Shown here: piece by piece, positions 61,878-64,000 of the stretch
How positions within the stretch are numbered: the first letter of the stretch is position 1
How the letters are laid out: every line of letters starts with the position of its first letter
NCBI GenBank assembly: GCA_965113315.1
Contig: OZ220370.1
Direction: 5' to 3' (one strand)
DNA length: 64,000 bases
Origin: Podarcis vaucheri
Lineage: Eukaryota
The notes under the pieces: model-generated
Told to the model about the DNA's origin: nothing
Database searches by the model: none
What the model saw: the letters and a program-made list of their open reading frames with translations, nothing else
Translations under genes and position numbers: made by a program

Positions 61878-62382
61878 CTGTAGCACAGAAAATTTAAGAG
61901 ATGCCCAAATAAGTCATTTCGAACATGAAGCATAAAAGCAACAGCTGCAGAAACAACAAATTAAAAATTATTGAAACTGCAGATAACGGATCAACATTTA
62001 TTTAAAATGTCTTATTTAAATTTCCTCTACAACCAACCTGATTTCTTTACTGAATATGAAATTCTATGAATCCATATGTACACAGGCAATTCTGACATAT
62101 CCTGGAAAAAATTATGCCCCAGCCAAAGAATAAAAACAATGCAATTAATGTAGGGAAACCAAACATTTGAACTGAGTAAGACCACCCCCCGCAAAGCCTT
62201 GCAAATTAGGACTGAGTCACACTGACTTTGCTGAATTTTTCATCCCACTCCCATAACTAGGGAATGGCAGTGTGGTAGCTGCCAGCTGCATTCTCTCTTT
62301 TCTGGCTTAAGGCAGCCTCTATAGTTCTGCCGTGGATCTGTGCTTCAAGGACATAATGGAGTACTACAATGGTTGAATACTC

Positions 62383-62408
62383 GTGTGTGTGTGTGTGTGT
62401 GTGTGTGT
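62383..62408. repeat. (GT)n microsatellite
   Basis: Read directly from the sequence. Confidence 0.9.
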
Positions 62409-62807
62409 AGGAGGTTAAAACAAGTGCTATCAGTGAAGATGACAGAGAGTTGGGCTACAAATGCTAGTGTTTCCTAAGCCCAGGAAACAATCAAATTCTA
62501 TTGTTGTCGGAAAGGTGACAGGTAGAGCTTACTACTTGGACTGATCATGGCCTGGAGGAATTGCAGCTTATCCCAAGGCAAGTAGCCAAGTGGTAAGCTA
62601 CACGGCTGAACCAAGAGTCACAGAGAATCAGGAGTGAGCAATACTGAATGCACAAGTTAGGTTGCAGAGCCTGCCTCCCCCTGACGAAACTTTGCAATTT
62701 CATAGGAAGATTGCCACTTTTCTGGTCTACACTCTTTAAGAGTGTAAGAGGCAAGCTTCTTCAGCTGGATGCGGGGAAGGCTCAGCCGTGGGTGTATATT
62801 TGTACTG

Positions 62808-63032
62808 GGTGGTGTAGTGGTTAAAGCACTGGACTGTGACCTGGGAGGCCAGGGTTCAAATCCTCATGCAGCCATGAAGATCACAGGGCAACCTTGAGCC
62901 AGTCACTGTCTCTCAGTCTATCCTACTCCACAGAGTTGTTGTGAAGACAGAATGGGGAGTGGAAGAACCATGTTTTTGTATGCCACCTTGACTCCTTGGA
63001 GGAAGGATGGGTTATAAATATAATAATAAATA
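62808..63032 (+). mobile_element. tRNA-derived SINE (MIR-like, old)
   Basis: A box GGTGTAGTGG, B box GGTTCAAATCC and an AT-rich tail. Weaker relatives lie at ~45797-45970 and ~63700-63870. Confidence 0.65.
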
Positions 63033-64000
63033 GGGAATTTTTTTCAAAAAATGTTTTAAATTTAATTTGTTTTTCTCAATTGCTTTTTAAACCTGTTCTT
63101 ATTGTATGATTGGAAATCACCCTGAGACGTATATGGAAGGAGATTCATAAATTTAAAAAGAAGAAATAAATATAAGCTAACAAATAAGAAATGGAATGGA
63201 GCTAGTAATGGCATGGCATGTGAGAAAGCATCACATTTCCACACATAAACAGAGTACCGCCTAAAATCGTCGGCTCTTTTACACCATATACATTTTTGTT
63301 ACTGAGTTAAGTGTAGACTGAGATCCCAATCTGATGATCAGCCTAAGAACCACTCCTTCCAGTCACACTGGAAATTGCACAAATGGAATGCAGAAGGAAT
63401 AGAACAAACCCATCAGACGTGTTCGGGCATCCACTATATTCATGTAATTCAAAATAATAATATTAATTGTATCCACACAAACTAAACAAATGGGCTACAG
63501 ACTTTTAGCTCTTGATACATTCTCCAGTACTTTGTCAACCCTTTCCTATTTACTGAGGCCATTGTTCCTTAGTGAGCAAAAATACTGAGTTTGCAATACC
63601 TCCCACAAACACATTGCCAGAGTTAAGAAATCACAAATAACTTAGACTTTTCCCAATAGGAAAATACATCCCCCCCCCCCACAAAAGGTTGCCAGATTTG
63701 GTCATGGAAGATCCAGGTTCAAATCTCTGCTGAGCCATAACATTCATCTGCATAGCTTTAGGCAAGTTACTGTCAAGCTTAACATATTACACAGGAATGT
63801 GAAAAAGAAAAGTAAGAATATATTATAAACTCACCTTGAATTCATGAGATAGGACAAAAATGATGGCCTTTTCCCCAACCCGTTTCAGTACTCCCTCCAA
63901 TGGTTTTGAATGTATGTATGTGTGATTCTACCCCACCCCTGTAATTAACAACTCGCCTGGTAGCTTTAGGAGACCTGGAATTTTATGCTAGAGCAGTGGT

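Overview
This is vertebrate genomic DNA, almost certainly from a squamate reptile: it carries Sauria SINEs with (ACCTTT)n tails, CR1 and L1 relics, and hAT/Tc-mariner MITEs. It covers the conserved RNF138 - MEP1B - GAREM1 block. The last coding exon of RNF138 is at 555-623 (+). A complete 15-exon meprin A beta gene (MEP1B) runs 9621-42917 (+) and predicts 694 aa, with consistent splice phases throughout. The last three coding exons of GAREM1 (-) converge on it from 61877 to 54532. The dominant feature is a complete, apparently very young 7441-bp LTR retrotransposon (10318-17758) inserted in sense orientation in MEP1B intron 1. It has two 1062-bp LTRs with no difference I could find by eye, a 5-bp TSD (TATGT), an 18-nt tRNA-Leu PBS, a PPT, and one uninterrupted gag-pol ORF. 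It has Ty3/gypsy enzymes in the order PR-IN-RT-RH, which marks the Gmr1-like clade, and its capsid C-terminal domain resembles the SCAN domain. Other notable signals: a minimal hammerhead-ribozyme motif inside a perfect 42-bp inverted repeat (Penelope-like insert, 44759-44939); possible gene-trap and in-frame LTR-MEP1B chimeric splicing; an exon that recreates a splice donor (MEP1B exon 8); a GC-rich array of hairpins inside a Tc2-like MITE; an A-tract splice acceptor in GAREM1; and inverted repeat pairs bracketing exons. All calls were made by eye. Comparisons with human proteins and repeat families are from memory, and no searches were run.
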